DNA of 64,000 nt from Thermoanaerobaculia bacterium (GCA_036399015.1 DASWNW010000086.1:722-64721); one strand, 5' to 3'. Positions 35,398-49,035 are shown, counted from the first letter of the stretch. Notes: generated from the letters alone by a model not told the origin. Numbers and translations are program-made.

Positions 35398-36627
35398 ATG
35401 TTGATCTTCGAATCGATCGTCGACGGCATCCGCGACATCAAGGACCACTTCGGCCGGACGCTGCTCCAGCTCTTCGGCGTCATCCTCGGGACCGGCTCGA
35501 TCATCGCCACCTTCTCGCTCTCGGTGGCGGGCAAAGAGGCCTCGATGAAGTTCTACCGCGTCAGCGGCGGGATCGAGCGCATCTGGATCGGCAACAAGCC
35601 GACCGGCAAGGTCACGCTCGACGCGAAGGCGCTCGCCTCCGACGGCCTGACTTACAAAGACGCGCTGGCGCTGCGCGCGGAAGGGAAGGAGATCGACCTC
35701 GTCTCCCCGGTGGCGCAGGACTCCATGAGCGTCCGGTACGGCGCGATCGAGAAGAAGCGCGACGTCATGGGCGTCACGCCGGCGTATTCGCCGATCAGCT
35801 TCTTCCACGTCGAGCGCGGCCGCTTCATCACCGACTACGACCTGCAGAGCGCGGCGCGCGTCGTCGTCCTCGGCACCGCGCGCGCCGAGGAGTTCTTCGG
35901 GAGCGACAACCCCATCGGCAAGACCATGATCATCAACGGCGCCGGCTACCTCGTGGTCGGCGTCATGGAAGAGAAGTACTTCAGCTTCGACCAGCGGCGG
36001 AACGTGCTGCGCTGGATGAACCGGCAGATGTACATGCCGATCACCACCATGACCACGCGCCAGGGGCAGCCGCTGCAGAACGGCAAGCTCTCGTTCATGC
36101 ACGCGCGCATGAAGGACGTGAAGCGTCACAAGGAAGCGGTTGCCGAGATCGAGCGCATTCTCCAGCGCCAGCACGGCGTCAAGGACTTCCAGGTCTTCTC
36201 GCGCGTCGCCAACCTGGCCAAGAACGAGAGCGAGAACAAGATGTACGACGTCACCTTCATGATCTGCGGGATCATCTCGCTGCTCGTCGGCGGGATCGTG
36301 ATCATGAACATCCAGCTGGCCTCCTTCAACGAGCGGGTGCGGGAGATCGGCACGCGCAAGGCGGTCGGCGCGACCCCCGCGCAGATCTTCTTCCAGATGC
36401 TCACGGAGTCGGTGCTGGTGTCGGTCCTCGGCGGTCTCCTCGGCATCTTCGCCGGCAAGTTCTTCACCCAGGGCATCTCCATGCTCACCCGCAATCCCGC
36501 GATCATCACCCCCGGCGTCATCGTGAATGCACTGATCTTCGCCGCCGGGACCGGGTTGTTCTTCGGCATGTACCCGGCCATCCGCGCGTCGCGGCTCAAT
36601 CCGATCGAGGCACTGAGAACCGAATGA
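35398..36627 (+). CDS. ABC transporter permease, FtsX/MacB-type (4 TM with large periplasmic domain)
   Basis: 409 aa; MacB_PCD-like periplasmic region and C-terminal FtsX-like TMs. Confidence 0.8.
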   Translation: MLIFESIVDGIRDIKDHFGRTLLQLFGVILGTGSIIATFSLSVAGKEASMKFYRVSGGIERIWIGNKPTGKVTLDAKALASDGLTYKDALALRAEGKEIDLVSPVAQDSMSVRYGAIEKKRDVMGVTPAYSPISFFHVERGRFITDYDLQSAARVVVLGTARAEEFFGSDNPIGKTMIINGAGYLVVGVMEEKYFSFDQRRNVLRWMNRQMYMPITTMTTRQGQPLQNGKLSFMHARMKDVKRHKEAVAEIERILQRQHGVKDFQVFSRVANLAKNESENKMYDVTFMICGIISLLVGGIVIMNIQLASFNERVREIGTRKAVGATPAQIFFQMLTESVLVSVLGGLLGIFAGKFFTQGISMLTRNPAIITPGVIVNALIFAAGTGLFFGMYPAIRASRLNPIEALRTE

Positions 36628-36632
36628 GAGCT

Positions 36633-36722
36633 GTTGCTGGTTGCTGGTGGCTGGTTCCTTGTGAGGTGTTCCTCCACGCACCCACTGCGTCACGAGCAAC
36701 AAGCAACGAGCAACCAGCAACC
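36633..36722. repeat. GTTGCTG-unit tandem hairpin repeat between the two permease genes
   Basis: gttgctggttgctggtggctggttcc-loop-gagcaacaagcaacgagcaaccagcaacc. Confidence 0.75.
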
Positions 36723-36742
36723 GCGAGCGAAGCGAGCGCAAT

Positions 36743-37969
36743 ATGAACATCTCCGAATCCGTCCGCACCTCCTACGAAGAAGTGAAGGGGCACCCGCTGC
36801 GGTCGCTCTTCACGCTGATCGGCGTCATCCTCGGCACGCTCGCGCTGGTGGTGGTCATGTCCGTGCTCGACGGCATTCAGATGTCGGTCCTGAAGGGCAT
36901 CAACGACCTCGGACTCGACGGCGTGGTCATCGCGTCGCAGCGCGAGCCGGTCGACCCGGTCGAGAAGGCGAAGGCGCATCTCTCGCGCGGCCTGCGCATC
37001 GAGGACGTGAAGGCGTTCGAGAACGCCGACTACATCCGCGCCATGTCGCCGGTCGGGGAGTCGCGCGCCGTCGTCACCGGCGGGACCACCACCCGCCGCA
37101 TCGACGTTTTCGGCGTGATGCCGGAGTACGCCGACATCCGCAACCGCACCGTGTCGTCGGGACGCTGGATCAGCGAGCGCGACGTGGCCACGAACGCCTC
37201 CGTCGCCGTGATCGGGTGGGAGCTCAAGCACAAGCTGTTCGGCGGCGAGGACGCCCTCGGGCAGAAGATCAACATCGGCGGACGCCGCGTGACGGTGATC
37301 GGCGTCGGCTCCAAGTTCGACATGACCTTCGTCGACGACGACGACATGCGCAAGGAGACCGCGGGCGCGTACGTCCCCTGGACCGTCTTCCGCGACATGT
37401 TCGGTCGCGTGAGCGCGATCTCGTACATGCTCGCCAAAGCCACGACGCCGGAGCAGAGCGTTGACGCCGAGGACGAGGCCGCGGCTCGGTTCCGTCAGGC
37501 GCACAACGGCATCCGCGACGTGCGCATCAACAACATCGGCAAGGAGATCCTCAAGGAGCGCGGGCAGATCGAGGTGATCCTGCGCAACTGGCGCATCGTC
37601 TTCTTCTCCATCGCCGGCGTCTCGCTGCTGATCGGCGGCGTAGGGATCTTCTCGGTCCTCAAGATCTCCATCTCCGAGCGCCTCTTCGAGATCGGCCTCC
37701 GCAAGTCGCTCGGCGCCACAAACGCCGAGATCTTCATGCAGTTCCTGATCGAGTCGGTGACGCTCTCCGTCGCCGGCGCCGCCATCGGCCTCGCCCTCGG
37801 TATCGGCCTCGTAAAAGTCGTCGGCGGCTTCTTCCCCGCCGGCCTCCCGGTGTCGACGTTCGGCCTCACCCTGGCCAGCAGCTTCGCCATCAGCGTCGGC
37901 CTCTTCGCCGGCCTCTACCCGTCCCTGACCGCGGCCCGCCTGGAGCCCGTCGAAGCGCTCCGCGCGTAG
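36743..37969 (+). CDS. second FtsX/MacB-type ABC transporter permease
   Basis: 408 aa paralogous to preceding permease. Confidence 0.8.
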   Translation: MNISESVRTSYEEVKGHPLRSLFTLIGVILGTLALVVVMSVLDGIQMSVLKGINDLGLDGVVIASQREPVDPVEKAKAHLSRGLRIEDVKAFENADYIRAMSPVGESRAVVTGGTTTRRIDVFGVMPEYADIRNRTVSSGRWISERDVATNASVAVIGWELKHKLFGGEDALGQKINIGGRRVTVIGVGSKFDMTFVDDDDMRKETAGAYVPWTVFRDMFGRVSAISYMLAKATTPEQSVDAEDEAAARFRQAHNGIRDVRINNIGKEILKERGQIEVILRNWRIVFFSIAGVSLLIGGVGIFSVLKISISERLFEIGLRKSLGATNAEIFMQFLIESVTLSVAGAAIGLALGIGLVKVVGGFFPAGLPVSTFGLTLASSFAISVGLFAGLYPSLTAARLEPVEALRA

Positions 37970-38005
37970 TGGCGAAGAGTGACGCGGAGATAGACTCTTC
38001 AGCGC

Positions 38006-38242
38006 ATGCCGTCGGTTCGAATCGAGGGGCCATACGACGTTTACTTCACGAGTCACGATCGAGGCGAACCACCTCACGTGCACGTCGACCGAGAGAGCAT
38101 GGCGGCCAAGGTCTGGCTTCAGCCAGTAGCCGTCGCCTACAATCTTGGCTTCGCGCGGCACGAGCTCCGGAAGATCGAGCAGTTGATCGCCCAGAACCGC
38201 GAGCTCTGTCTCAGAAAGTGGCATGAGTACTTCGGAACCTAA
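38006..38242 (+). CDS. DUF4160 domain protein
   Basis: 78 aa; YFTSHDRGEPPHVHV motif typical of DUF4160; lower local GC. Confidence 0.6.
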   Translation: MPSVRIEGPYDVYFTSHDRGEPPHVHVDRESMAAKVWLQPVAVAYNLGFARHELRKIEQLIAQNRELCLRKWHEYFGT

Positions 38243-38492
38243 AGCAGGGGAGCGCATCACAGCCGTTCGCGTGACGGATGATGCCCTCACGGTCGATCTC
38301 CTCGATGGCCGGACGATGACGGTGCCGCTCGCCTGGTATCCGCGCCTCCTGCACGCGTCCGAAGCGGAGAGAAATAACTTCCGGATCATCGGCGGCGGCT
38401 TCGTGATTCATTGGCTGGACGTCGACGAGCACCTATCCGCCCAAGGGCTCCTGGCCGGAGCTCCAGCGCCGAATCTCGCCGCCATCTCCTGA
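38223..38492 (+). CDS. DUF2442 domain protein (overlaps DUF4160 gene by 20 nt)
   Basis: 89 aa; ..LLDGRTMTVPLAWYPRL..GGGFVIHWLDVDEHLS typical DUF2442. Confidence 0.6.
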   Translation: MSTSEPKAGERITAVRVTDDALTVDLLDGRTMTVPLAWYPRLLHASEAERNNFRIIGGGFVIHWLDVDEHLSAQGLLAGAPAPNLAAIS

Positions 38493-38550
38493 CGCACGTC
38501 GTCTCCGTTGCCTTGCTCCGCCACCGTCCCTCACGCGGTATGCTCCCCCG

Positions 38551-39828
38551 ATGCGCATGCTCCTCAAGATCGGACTCGCCGTCGCTGCTGTTGCTGTGGT
38601 TGCTGCCGTGGTCATGGCGCAGCCGGCGCCGGCGAAGAACGATGCAGCGGCGCCGCGGTCCGAGGACAAGCGGTTCGAGGTGCAGATCACGGACGAGATG
38701 GTCCGGCACAGCCGGATCCGCGACACGCTGTACTTCGTCAACATCGCCTGGTCCCTCGTCGTCATGCTCGGGCTGTTGTTCAGCGGGGCGTCGCGGAAGA
38801 TGCGCGACCTGGCGGCCCGCTGGGTGAAGCGGCCGTACTGGCAGGCGGCCATCTACATCGTCCTCTTCATCCTCGCCACCACCATCATCGACTTCCCGCT
38901 GTCGTACTACTCCGGCTTCGTCGTGCCGCATCAGTTCGACCTCACCGAGCAGTCCTTCGGCTCCTGGATGGGAGACCTGGCCAAGGGGCTCGCGGTCGGG
39001 CTCGCGATCATGCCGCTCCTCGGCGCGTGGGCGCTGCTCGGCATCCGCAAGGTGAAGAACTGGTGGGCGGTCCTCTGGGCGGTCTCCATCCCGCTCATCG
39101 TCCTGCTGGTGGTCATCCAGCCGATCGTCCTCGACCCGATCTTCAACAAGTTCGAGCCGCTGCAGGACCAGGTGCTCCGGCAGAAGCTCCTCGACCTCGC
39201 CTCGCGCGCCGGCATCGAGGGCGGCCGGATCTACCAGGTCAACAAATCGAAGCAGACGAAGACGATGAACGCGTACGTGAACGGCATCGGCCCGACGAAC
39301 CGCATCGTCATGTGGGACACGCTGCTCGCGAAGATGACGCACGACGAAGTCCTGGCCGTGATGGGCCACGAGATGGGCCACTACGTCATGAGGCACATCT
39401 GGAAAGGGCTCGCGTTCTCGCTGGCCGTCTCGTTCGTCGTCTTCTTCCTCGTGCAGCGCATCCACGATCCGGGGCTGCGCAAGTGGGGGCCGCGCTGGGG
39501 CTTCACCACGCCGGGCGATCCGGCGTCGGTGCCCTGGCTGCTCCTCATCGCGGGAGTCGTGTCGCTCTTCCTCTCGCCGGTGACGAGCGGCTACTCCCGC
39601 TCGATGGAGCACAAGTCCGACATGTTCGCGCTCGAGGTCACGCACCTCAACGAGCCGCTGGCGACCGCGTTCCGCAAGATGGCCGAGGACTCCAAGCGCG
39701 ATCCGAGCCCCCACCCGTTCATCGAGTTCTGGCTCTACTCGCACCCGCCTATCGCGAAGCGCATCCCCTTCGCCCTCTCGTACAAACCGTGGGAGAAGGG
39801 GGAGCCTAATCGGATGTGGCAGCCATGA
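38551..39828 (+). CDS. M48 family (Ste24/HtpX-like CAAX-protease type) membrane metallopeptidase
   Basis: 425 aa; multiple TM; HEMGHYVM HExxH zinc motif and downstream E. Confidence 0.8.
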   Translation: MRMLLKIGLAVAAVAVVAAVVMAQPAPAKNDAAAPRSEDKRFEVQITDEMVRHSRIRDTLYFVNIAWSLVVMLGLLFSGASRKMRDLAARWVKRPYWQAAIYIVLFILATTIIDFPLSYYSGFVVPHQFDLTEQSFGSWMGDLAKGLAVGLAIMPLLGAWALLGIRKVKNWWAVLWAVSIPLIVLLVVIQPIVLDPIFNKFEPLQDQVLRQKLLDLASRAGIEGGRIYQVNKSKQTKTMNAYVNGIGPTNRIVMWDTLLAKMTHDEVLAVMGHEMGHYVMRHIWKGLAFSLAVSFVVFFLVQRIHDPGLRKWGPRWGFTTPGDPASVPWLLLIAGVVSLFLSPVTSGYSRSMEHKSDMFALEVTHLNEPLATAFRKMAEDSKRDPSPHPFIEFWLYSHPPIAKRIPFALSYKPWEKGEPNRMWQP

Positions 39829-40462
39829 CGGCGGCGACGACCCGGTCGCAGCGGCTGTTGCCGAACGCGAACAGCGTCTCCAGGGTCACACCCGCGCGCC
39901 GGTAAAGCCGGTCGCGCAGCAACGTGCGGGCGCGGGAGAGCCGCGTCTTCACCAGGTCCTCGGAGATGCCGAGGCATTCGGCGGTCTCGGAAGTGCTGAG
40001 CCCCTCGACGTCGCGCAGCATGAGCACGGCGCGGAACGTGTCGGGCAGCGCCGCGACCTGCCGCTGCATGACGTCGCGCAGCTCGGACGCGAACGTCTCC
40101 TGCTCCGGATCGGGAGCATTCGATTCGACGAGCTGGATCATCGCGTCGTCCCCTCCTGCGAATGGCTGTCTCTTCCCGCGGCGCGCAATGGCCTCGTTCA
40201 CCGCGATGCGCGTCAGCCAGGTCGAGAACTGCGCGCGCCCGGCGTACTGCCGGAGACTGCGGTAGGCATTGAGATACGCCTGCTGCATGACGTCCTCGAC
40301 CTCTTCCTCGTTGCCGAGGACGGCGCGGACGGCGCGGTAGATGCGCTGGTTGTACCGGCGCATGACGATCTCGAAGAGAGCGTGGTCGCCGGCGGTGATG
40401 CGCTCGACCAGCTCCTCGTCTGTCAAGTGGTCGCGGATCGCTGCGATCGGAACGGTGGTCAT
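39806..40462 (-). CDS. ECF-type sigma-70 family sigma factor
   Basis: Start at second Met (40462) with AGGAGA RBS; regions 2 and 4 (LSTSETAECLGISEDLVKTRLSRAR). Confidence 0.75.
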   Translation of the reverse strand: MTTVPIAAIRDHLTDEELVERITAGDHALFEIVMRRYNQRIYRAVRAVLGNEEEVEDVMQQAYLNAYRSLRQYAGRAQFSTWLTRIAVNEAIARRGKRQPFAGGDDAMIQLVESNAPDPEQETFASELRDVMQRQVAALPDTFRAVLMLRDVEGLSTSETAECLGISEDLVKTRLSRARTLLRDRLYRRAGVTLETLFAFGNSRCDRVVAAVMAATSD

Positions 40463-40560
40463 CGAGAGTCTCCTGTCCATTAGAGCAGCGTCCCGGGAAA
40501 AGGTGACAGTGTCACCCGTTGCACGCTTGGCCGCTCCAATCGGGCAGGAGGAAACAAACA

Positions 40561-40971
40561 ATGGACTCACGACTCAACTCCGTCTTCTGGTCTCTCCGCC
40601 TCGCGTTCGGCCTGACCGCGTTCCTGGCCGGCCTCGACAAGTTCCTGAACCTGCTCACCAACTGGGAGCAGTACGCGAGCCCGCTCGTGCTGCGCATGGT
40701 GCCGCTGAGTGCCGGCTCGCTCATGCGCGTCGCCGGCGTGATCGAGATGCTCGTCGGCATCGCCGTGCTGGCCGGCCTCACGCGCCTCGGAGGTTACGTC
40801 GTCGCGGCCTGGCTCACGCTCATCGCGGTCAGCCTCGTGACGACCGGACAGTACTTCGACGTCGCGGTGCGCGACCTGGTGATGGCCGTCGGCGCGTTCG
40901 CGCTGGCGCGGCTGTCCGAGGTGCGGGAGCCGGCGGCAGTGCGCACGCCGTTGCAGGCGCGGACCGCCTGA
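40561..40971 (+). CDS. DoxX family membrane protein
   Basis: Start Met15 with AGGAGG RBS; 136 aa, 4 TM DoxX-like. Confidence 0.65.
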   Translation: MDSRLNSVFWSLRLAFGLTAFLAGLDKFLNLLTNWEQYASPLVLRMVPLSAGSLMRVAGVIEMLVGIAVLAGLTRLGGYVVAAWLTLIAVSLVTTGQYFDVAVRDLVMAVGAFALARLSEVREPAAVRTPLQARTA

Positions 40972-41011
40972 GCATCGGAAGCGGCAGGAGCGGCGGGTCG
41001 AGGCGATCGCG

Positions 41012-41446
41012 TCAGACCCGCCGCGACAAATCCCTCAGCCGCTCCACCAGCAGCTCGCTCATCGCCACTGCGAACTTCGCCAGCAGCTGCGGGTCGAACG
41101 CCAGCGCCTCGGAGAGCGTGCGCTTGTCCCACGCCCGCACCGTCGTCTCCTCGCGCGCCCGCACCGAGACGGTCCGTGGCGAGTCGTCGATGAACGACAC
41201 CTCGCCGATGACGTCGCCCGCACCGACCGTGGCCAGCACGGTCTGCCGCCCGTCGTCGATTCCGATGATGTCGAGATGTCCGTCCTCGACCGCGAAGAGC
41301 GTCGAGTCGGCGTCGCCCGCGCGGATGAGGAAGTCGCCCTCGGCGATCTTCTGCACCTGCGCGATGCCTTCGATCCGCCCCCGCTCCCGCTCCGTGAAGT
41401 AGCGGAAGAGGGGATGGTCGGATTCCATGGGGAAGATCTTGTTCAA
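41012..41446 (-). CDS. cyclic nucleotide-binding (cNMP) domain protein
   Basis: FLIRAGDADSTLFAVEDGHLDII...GAGDVIGEVSF..RTVSVRA pattern of CAP-family cNMP-binding fold. Confidence 0.6.
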   Translation of the reverse strand: MNKIFPMESDHPLFRYFTERERGRIEGIAQVQKIAEGDFLIRAGDADSTLFAVEDGHLDIIGIDDGRQTVLATVGAGDVIGEVSFIDDSPRTVSVRAREETTVRAWDKRTLSEALAFDPQLLAKFAVAMSELLVERLRDLSRRV

Positions 41447-41447
41447 T

Positions 41448-42014
41448 TCAACTCCAACGGAGCGTCCATTCGCAGTAGGGTCCGCCCTTCGCGTAGCACT
41501 GCGTCTGCTCCACCTTGATGTTCTTGACTCCGGTCAGCTCCGCCATCCGCTCGATCCAGCCGGTCACGCGCGAGCAGCCGGCCAGCTCCGAGGGGAAGTT
41601 CAGCAGGCGGATGCGCGCGTTGCGCTCCCCCTGCTCGTCGACGCGCAGCTCGCCGCGGTTGTAGAGGGAGCTCCACAATTGCGACGCCTTCCCGAGCAGC
41701 GCCGGCGGCGTCATCACCAGCGCGAAGAAGCGGTAGATCCCCTTCACCGCGTCGCCCGCCGCCTCGCGTCCGGCGCGGCGCGCGAACGTGTCCACCGCCT
41801 CTCCCTTCGCCTTCGCCGCCTCTTCGGTAAAGCGGTTGAGCATGTGCACCGGTACCACCTCGGTCGCCAGCACCGGCGTGCGGAAGCGCGTGGCGTACTC
41901 GGGGGGAAGGCTGCGCAGGACGGTTTCGCGCTGCTCCGGCGTCAGCTCGGCGTCGATGAATCGCTGGAGACTTCGTACGGGAGAACCTTTGACCGTGACG
42001 CTCTCGTCCACCAT
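41448..42014 (-). CDS. hypothetical protein (possibly DUF2378/TIGR02265-like; uncertain)
   Basis: Start at Met104 of ORF 41448..42323; 188 aa; C-terminal C-x6-C; immediately upstream of cNMP-binding protein gene. Confidence 0.4.
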   Translation of the reverse strand: MVDESVTVKGSPVRSLQRFIDAELTPEQRETVLRSLPPEYATRFRTPVLATEVVPVHMLNRFTEEAAKAKGEAVDTFARRAGREAAGDAVKGIYRFFALVMTPPALLGKASQLWSSLYNRGELRVDEQGERNARIRLLNFPSELAGCSRVTGWIERMAELTGVKNIKVEQTQCYAKGGPYCEWTLRWS

Positions 42015-42123
42015 GTCGCTCTCTCCGCGCGGGGCGTTCGGGTCCCGAAGTTGCCTGACGTGCCACGAGTATAATCCGCTTTCTTCACAGCGCCGTCCGG
42101 CGCAGTCGCAGGAGGAATCTCGA

Positions 42124-44241
42124 ATGCAGGACCCGACACCCGGCAGCACCGCAGCCGAAGGTGCCGCGGCGATTTCCGTCGCAGAAGACAGCAACCGGCC
42201 GGTCCTCGGCCGCAAGGACAAGCTCGAAGAGCTGTGCGTCAACACCATCCGCTTCCTGTCGGTCGACGCGGTCGAGAAGGCGCATTCCGGCCACCCCGGC
42301 ACCCCCATGGGCATGGCCGACATGGCCTACGTCCTTTGGACCGACTTCCTCCGCCACGACCCGCTCGAGCCAAAGTGGAAGAACCGCGACCGCTTCATCC
42401 TCTCGGCCGGCCACGCCTCGATGCTCATCTACTCGCTCCTCCATCTGACCGGCTATCCGGACATGACGCTGGACGAGCTCAAGCAGTTCCGCCAGTGGGG
42501 CTCGCGCACGGCCGGCCATCCCGAGTACGGCCACGCCAGCGGCGTCGAGGTCACGACCGGCCCGCTCGGCCAGGGCTTCGCGCACGGCGTCGGCATGGCC
42601 CTCGGCGCGAAGATGCTCGCCGCGCGCTTCAACGGCGAAGACCCGTTCAAGCCGGTCGAGCACTTCATCTACTCCATCTGCTCCGACGGCGACCTGATGG
42701 AAGGCATCAGCTCCGAGGCGGCGTCGTTCGCCGGCCACGTCGGACTGGGCAACCTCATCTACCTCTACGACGACAACAACATCTCCATCGAAGGGGAGAC
42801 GCGGCTCGCCTTCTCCGAGGAAGTGAAGAAGCGCTTCGAGAGCTTCGGCTGGCACGTGCTCGCCATCGACGGCCACGACCGCGCCATGATCCGCAAGGCC
42901 ATCAAGCGCGCGCAGAAGGAGACCGCGCGTCCTTCGCTGATCATCTGCAGGACCGTCATCGGCTGGGGCAGCCCGAAGTTCCACGGCACCGCACGCGCGC
43001 ACGGCGAGCCCCTCGGCGCCGATGAAGTGAAGGCGACCAAGCAGGCGCTCGGCTGGCCGCAGGAGCCGACGTTCCACGTCCCCGCCGAAGTGCGCGCCGA
43101 GTTCGAGCGCAAGACGCGCAAGCTCGCCCGCATGCGCAAGCTGTGGGACCGCGAGATGGCCGCCTGGCGCGCGCGCCATCCGGAGATGGCCGAGGATTGG
43201 GACCGCTACTGGTCACAGTGGGTGCCGGACGGCTTCGAGCTCCCGCTGCTCGACGCCGCCAAGTCCGACAAGGCCATCGCCACCCGCGCGCTGTCGGGAC
43301 AGGTCATCCAGAAGCTGGCCACCGTCGCGCCGTTCCTCGTCGGCGGCTCCGCCGACCTGGCGCCGTCGACGAACACGCTCATCAAGGACGCGGCGAGCAT
43401 CGAGCGGGCGAAGGGCTCCGAGAAGGCGTTGCCGGCGGCCGATGTCTTCCGCGGCCGCAATCTCCACTTCGGCATCCGCGAGCATGCGATGGGAGCGATC
43501 GTGAACGGCATGACGCTGTACGGCGCCTGGCGCTGCTACGGCGCGACGTTCCTGATCTTCTCCGACTACATGCGCCCGTCCGTGCGTCTCGCCGCGCTGA
43601 TGGGCATCCCCTCGATCTTCGTCTACACGCACGACTCGGTGTTCCTCGGCGAAGACGGTCCGACGCACCAGCCGGTCGAGCAGCTCTGGTCGCTGCGTCT
43701 CATCCCGAACATGACCCTCTTCCGCCCCGCCGACGGCGCGGAGGTGGCGATGGCGTGGGCGCACGCGATCCGCTCCACGAGCGGCCCGACGCTGCTCGTG
43801 CTGACGCGCCAGAAGCTCGAGCCGATCGCCCGCCCGCTGGAGTTCGACCCGCAGCGCATCCTCCGCGGCGCGTACGTCCTCGACGGCTACACCGAAGGCG
43901 AGATCACGCTCGTCGCCACCGGGTCCGAGGTGCCGCTGGCGGTGAAGACCGCCGAGCTGCTGAAGGCCGAGGGGCTCGGCGCGCGCGTCGTCTCGGCACC
44001 CTGTCTCGACCTCTTCGACCGCCAGCCGCCGTCCTACCAGGACGAGGTCCTCGGCGACCGCAGCAAGCTCGTTTGCATCGAGGCCGGCCGCACCGACGGC
44101 TGGTACAAGTACGCGGGCCAGGACGCGCTCGTGATCGGCATCGACCGCTTCGGCGCCAGCGCGCCATACGAGCGGCTCGCGGAGGAGCTCGGGTTCACGC
44201 CGGAGAAGGTGGCCGCGCGCATTCGGGAGTGGAGAGGATGA
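42124..44241 (+). CDS. tkt: transketolase
   Basis: Start Met113 of ORF 41788..44241; [19 protein letters not shown] thiamine-PP motifs; 705 aa. Confidence 0.9.
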   Translation: MQDPTPGSTAAEGAAAISVAEDSNRPVLGRKDKLEELCVNTIRFLSVDAVEKAHSGHPGTPMGMADMAYVLWTDFLRHDPLEPKWKNRDRFILSAGHASMLIYSLLHLTGYPDMTLDELKQFRQWGSRTAGHPEYGHASGVEVTTGPLGQGFAHGVGMALGAKMLAARFNGEDPFKPVEHFIYSICSDGDLMEGISSEAASFAGHVGLGNLIYLYDDNNISIEGETRLAFSEEVKKRFESFGWHVLAIDGHDRAMIRKAIKRAQKETARPSLIICRTVIGWGSPKFHGTARAHGEPLGADEVKATKQALGWPQEPTFHVPAEVRAEFERKTRKLARMRKLWDREMAAWRARHPEMAEDWDRYWSQWVPDGFELPLLDAAKSDKAIATRALSGQVIQKLATVAPFLVGGSADLAPSTNTLIKDAASIERAKGSEKALPAADVFRGRNLHFGIREHAMGAIVNGMTLYGAWRCYGATFLIFSDYMRPSVRLAALMGIPSIFVYTHDSVFLGEDGPTHQPVEQLWSLRLIPNMTLFRPADGAEVAMAWAHAIRSTSGPTLLVLTRQKLEPIARPLEFDPQRILRGAYVLDGYTEGEITLVATGSEVPLAVKTAELLKAEGLGARVVSAPCLDLFDRQPPSYQDEVLGDRSKLVCIEAGRTDGWYKYAGQDALVIGIDRFGASAPYERLAEELGFTPEKVAARIREWRG

Positions 44242-45268
44242 AGAAGGCGCTGGCGCTGTTGCTGCTCGCGGCGGCGCCGGTCTTCGCATCCGACGAGGAC
44301 GTCCGCAAGGGGCTGCAGAACCTGCAGAAGCTGCACGAGCTCGCGCAGCTCGTCGAGGGGTTCCTGCTGGTGAACCAGACGCCCGCGATGCCGCAGGATC
44401 CGTGGGGCACGCCGTACCGCCTCACGGTCACGGAGGGCCGCTACACGATCGCCTCCGCCGGCAGCGACAAGACCTTCGACGAGTCGGCCTGGGCGACCGT
44501 CGAGCAGTTCTCCGGGCTCGAAGGCGACGTCGTCCTGTCGGACGGCAAAGTCCTGCGCTCGAATCGCAACTGGCTCTATCCGCAAGTCACCGATGCGACG
44601 CGCAGTGCGCTGGAGAACCTGATCCGCGCGGAAGTGCACGTGATGATGTCGCGCAATCCGACGATGTACGCGCTCGAGCGGCGCCGCGCGACCGCAAACC
44701 TGATGCAACTGCTCGGTGGCGAGCTCGCGCGCGACGCGTGGGGTACCCCGGTGCGCAAGATCGGCGAGGGCCACAACGCGCGCATCGTCAGCGCCGCCGC
44801 CGACAAGACGTTCGACGAGTCGAGCTGGGACAAGCCTCCCGCGGCGGACGTGAACGAGGACATCGTCTACGAGCACGGCACGGTCAAGCGGGTCGTCGAC
44901 GAGCGGGCGGTGCTCGAGGCGACGAAGCCGGCCGCCGTGGCGATCCCGCAGCCCTCCGATCCGCCGCTCGCGCTTGACTGGCCGCCGATCGAGAAGGGCA
45001 CGATCGAGGCGCCGAAGGTCGTGAACCGCCCGGACCCGCAGTATCCGCCGATCTACCGGCTTGCCCGCATCACCGGCACCGCCCACATCGAGGCGGCGAT
45101 CTCGGACCGGGGGAAGGTCGAGGCGGCGCGCGTGCTGAAGAGCGTGGCGCCGGAGCTCGACATGGCCGCGCTGAAGGCGCTCCGGCAGTGGACGTTCGAG
45201 CCGGCGACGAAGGACGGCAAACCGGTACCGGTGCTGTTCAGGCTGACGATCAACTTCAAGCTGCGCGA

Positions 45269-45272
<4 letters not shown>
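44238..45272 (+). CDS. secreted protein with two pseudopilin (T2SS GspG)-like repeats and C-terminal TonB_C domain
   Basis: ATG overlaps tkt stop (ATGA); signal peptide; twice [20 protein letters not shown]; C-terminal ..[55 protein letters not shown]. Confidence 0.5.
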
Positions 45273-47932
<2,660 letters not shown>

Positions 47933-47972
47933 TCGGGTCGGTGCGGCGCGATGGTAGCAAACCGGCCGTTCT

Positions 47973-48542
47973 TTACTCGACCGGAATCCCCGTGACCGCC
48001 ACCTGGTATCCCTGCAGCGTGGTGGTCTGTCCGTACATCGCCGCCGGCGTGTAGTCGGTGCGGTGGTTGACGTACGAGTAGTACTTCGTGCCGAGGAACT
48101 TCGTGCCGTTCGTGCTGTGGATGCCGTCGATCGTCGAGACGATCCATTCCGGCTCACCGCGCTCCGCGTGCGGCGGGCGCTCGAAGACCAGCCAGTACTC
48201 GCCGGCGGGGAGGTCGAGCCCGTCGAAGAGGATCCAGGAGCCGTCGAACGACGGCGGCAGCTCGTACGACGTCTGCGCCACCTCCGCGCTCTTGCTGGTC
48301 GACGGGCCGATGCGCCGCATGAGGTACGTCGTCACGATCGAGTAGTCGTCGTAGCCGCTGTCGGCGCGGACGGAGATCGTGACGTTGCGGTGGGGGAGGG
48401 CGAACGCCCAGCCGATCGCCAGGGCGTCGGCCTTGCTGCCACGGGTGTCCCCGCCGCGGGCGGCGAAGAGGAGGGGACAGTGTTCCCCGGCGGACAGCGA
48501 CAGTGGAAGGCAGAGGAGCGCGGCCAGCACTGCGGACTTCAT
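47973..48542 (-). CDS. hypothetical secreted protein
   Basis: Start at Met25 giving signal peptide MKSAVLAALLCLPLSLSAGE. Confidence 0.4.
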   Translation of the reverse strand: MKSAVLAALLCLPLSLSAGEHCPLLFAARGGDTRGSKADALAIGWAFALPHRNVTISVRADSGYDDYSIVTTYLMRRIGPSTSKSAEVAQTSYELPPSFDGSWILFDGLDLPAGEYWLVFERPPHAERGEPEWIVSTIDGIHSTNGTKFLGTKYYSYVNHRTDYTPAAMYGQTTTLQGYQVAVTGIPVE

Positions 48543-48657
48543 GCGGCCCGTCATCAGCGGCCGGCATGCCATGGCCGCGCTCTCTGCGGGGGTGGGAGAT
48601 AGGGGCGCGAACATCCTCGATTGCGGACGTTCGCGCCCCCGCTTCAGGACAGCCGGT

Positions 48658-48954
48658 TTACTGCTGGGCGGGCGGGTTCGTCGCGGCCGGGTCGGTCGTG
48701 ACGGTATCCGTCGTGGAGGTGGTGGTCGTCGACGTGCCGTCGGTCGCCGTCGGCGCCGGTGCAGCCGTGTCGGACGGTACCGCCGTGTCGGACGGAGTCG
48801 TCGTCACGTCGGTCGTGGTCGTGCTGGTCTCCGACACCGTGGCGGTGTTCTCCACGGGCGCCGGGTCGGTGGTCTTCGGCTCGCTCTGACAGGCGATGCT
48901 GCCGGCGACGAGCAGGGCGATGGCGGTGAGCTGGGTGAGTTTCTTCATGTTCAT
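48658..48954 (-). CDS. Thr/Ser-rich small lipoprotein
   Basis: ATG at 48954 with AAGGAGACC RBS; lipobox LLVAGSIAC; 98 aa; embedded in long spurious ORF 48658..50568. Confidence 0.5.
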   Translation of the reverse strand: MNMKKLTQLTAIALLVAGSIACQSEPKTTDPAPVENTATVSETSTTTTDVTTTPSDTAVPSDTAAPAPTATDGTSTTTTSTTDTVTTDPAATNPPAQQ

Positions 48955-49035
48955 GGTCTCCTTGAGTGTCAAGATCGCTCCGAACGCGGCGGGAGTCTTG
49001 AAACACGCGTGGGAGAGTTCTGGGAAAGTTCTGGG

